The position numbers and the translations under genes were made by a program. From contig NC_083228.1 in NCBI RefSeq assembly GCF_032191835.1, positions 91,388,001-91,452,000 on the forward strand: a DNA stretch of 64,000 nt. The letters are read 5' to 3'. The notes beneath the pieces were generated by a model. It did no database searches and was not told the DNA's origin. It saw only the letters and a program-made list of their open reading frames with translations. This document shows, piece by piece, positions 62,691 to 64,000 of the stretch. The stretch's first letter is position 1, and each line of letters starts with the position of its first letter. This DNA comes from Heteronotia binoei (lineage: Eukaryota).

Positions 62691-63484
62691 CTACCCCACT
62701 CTCCACATGGCAATATAAAGGAGTATAAGCAATGCTTTTATACTATCATTTATATTCTTTAGTTGGGCTGCAAAAGTCTGGTAAGCTTCTTAAAAACAAA
62801 ACCTATTTATGAGATATTCAGTTAATTTCCACATTTCAAATTACTCCCAAGTTCCATATTTCAAATTGCTATAATTTTTTTGTTTTTCAAATGTAGGCTT
62901 TCAGTACTTACACTAGTTCTGCATACCTTTTGTAGATCCCAGTTTTGCTATGGTGCAACTAGGAGGGAGATTATAATAATGGGAGCAAGAATTAAACACA
63001 ATATCTTTGCTTTTCAGGAGTCCTTTGAAGTCATACAAATGCAGCACCAATACAGTCTGCTGGTAAAGCCAAAATTAATCTTACTTTCCCTAAGAGAATT
63101 TCTTATTTAACAATATGCATAATTTTAAGTCAAATGCTTAGCAATGCTCCTGTAAACATAGCTTACTATGAGATGGAAAATGTTTTAATTATGCCCCCCC
63201 CACATTTAATTAAGAATGCAACATGATTTCAGGGCATCACAGTTGGCCCCGAAGTACAATAGATTTTGAAACTGGAGATTAGTTTAAAATCTTTTTTTTT
63301 GTTTAAATAAAAGCTTCAATTCCCTTTAAATGGCAAAAAAACTCTTGCTGCTGCTGCATAAATTTTGTAAGTAATCATTAACTTGGGCTACTTTCTCTGA
63401 CTAGGAAAATCAAACTATAATTTCTAGCTGCCAGTTTTTAGAACTGATAGTAATTTGTGTCAGGATGGTTTAAGCACATGTTAC

Positions 63485-63606
63485 CAGGGCTAGATCTACA
63501 TATTTTTTGGGGGGGGGGGGCAAAACAAAAAAATGGCAGCGCCGGGGGCAAAACACCCCCTCTGACCACCACCACCACACCCCCCCCCCCCGTAGATCTG
63601 GCCCTG
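63485..63606. mobile_element. hAT MITE, 122 bp
   Basis: TIR cagggctagatctac / gtagatctggccctg and TSD catgttac / cattttac (7 of 8 match). Confidence 0.85.
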
Positions 63607-63717
63607 CATTTTACACATCCAAATAAAAGAGTCACTGTGACTATCAGTAAAACGATTAAGCAGAAATACTTGGGGTTCATCTAATTCAAGGTCAAATCAA
63701 ATGACCACTTAGTTGTT

Positions 63718-64000
63718 TTACCTCGGTGGGAACATGTGCGGCCTGGGCTGAAGGAACTGCACTGGCTTCCAATTATATTCCGAGTTCGCTACAAGGTGCT
63801 GGTCATTACCTTTAAAGCCCTATATGGCCGAGGACCTGCCTACCTTAGGGACCGCCTCTCTCCACATGTTCCCCAGAGAGCACTAAGATCTAGCTCCCAA
63901 AGCCTTTTAAGGATCCCTGGACCAAAGGAGGCCAAACTGAAAATAACAAGCCTTCTCTATAATGGCCCCCCACTGGTGGAATCAACTACCGGAGGAAGTG
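63718..64000 (+). mobile_element. 5'-truncated L2 copy of the same young family, running off the window
   Basis: Nearly identical by eye to 56685-56972. Confidence 0.93.

Overview
Eukaryotic genomic DNA from a squamate reptile, most likely a gecko (judged from the SINE/LINE families). It holds two protein-coding genes arranged tail-to-tail. (1) A complete ST6GAL1 (beta-galactoside alpha-2,6-sialyltransferase 1) on +, with five coding exons: 15102-15750, 17675-17772, 23634-23735, 29172-29346 and 37337-37578. The CDS is 1266 nt (421 aa), all junctions are GT-AG and in phase, and there is a candidate 5'UTR exon at 8416-8562. (2) The last two exons of a TMT-family (OPN3-related) non-visual ciliary opsin on -, at 60537-60770 and 45203-45466; its earlier exons lie beyond the window. 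The rest is repeat-rich. It includes a young, near-full-length L2 LINE (about 51890-57257) with a reconstructable APE-RT ORF2 but no visible ORF1. It also includes CR1 and L2 fragments, three tRNA-derived SINE families, a solo LTR with a 4-bp TSD, a DIRS gag remnant, Penelope-like short repeats and many hAT-type MITEs with 8-bp TSDs. The least explained structures are two GC-rich non-autonomous elements carrying tandem arrays of long hairpins in which differences between units are mirrored on both arms (29881-30388 and 52985-53316). Also notable are a promoter-like YY1 / ETS-CRE island at the 5' end of the L2 and a MER30-like hAT element. There is no CRISPR, rRNA or bona fide tRNA gene. Repeat-family names and orthologue comparisons come from memory and need Dfam/BLAST confirmation.
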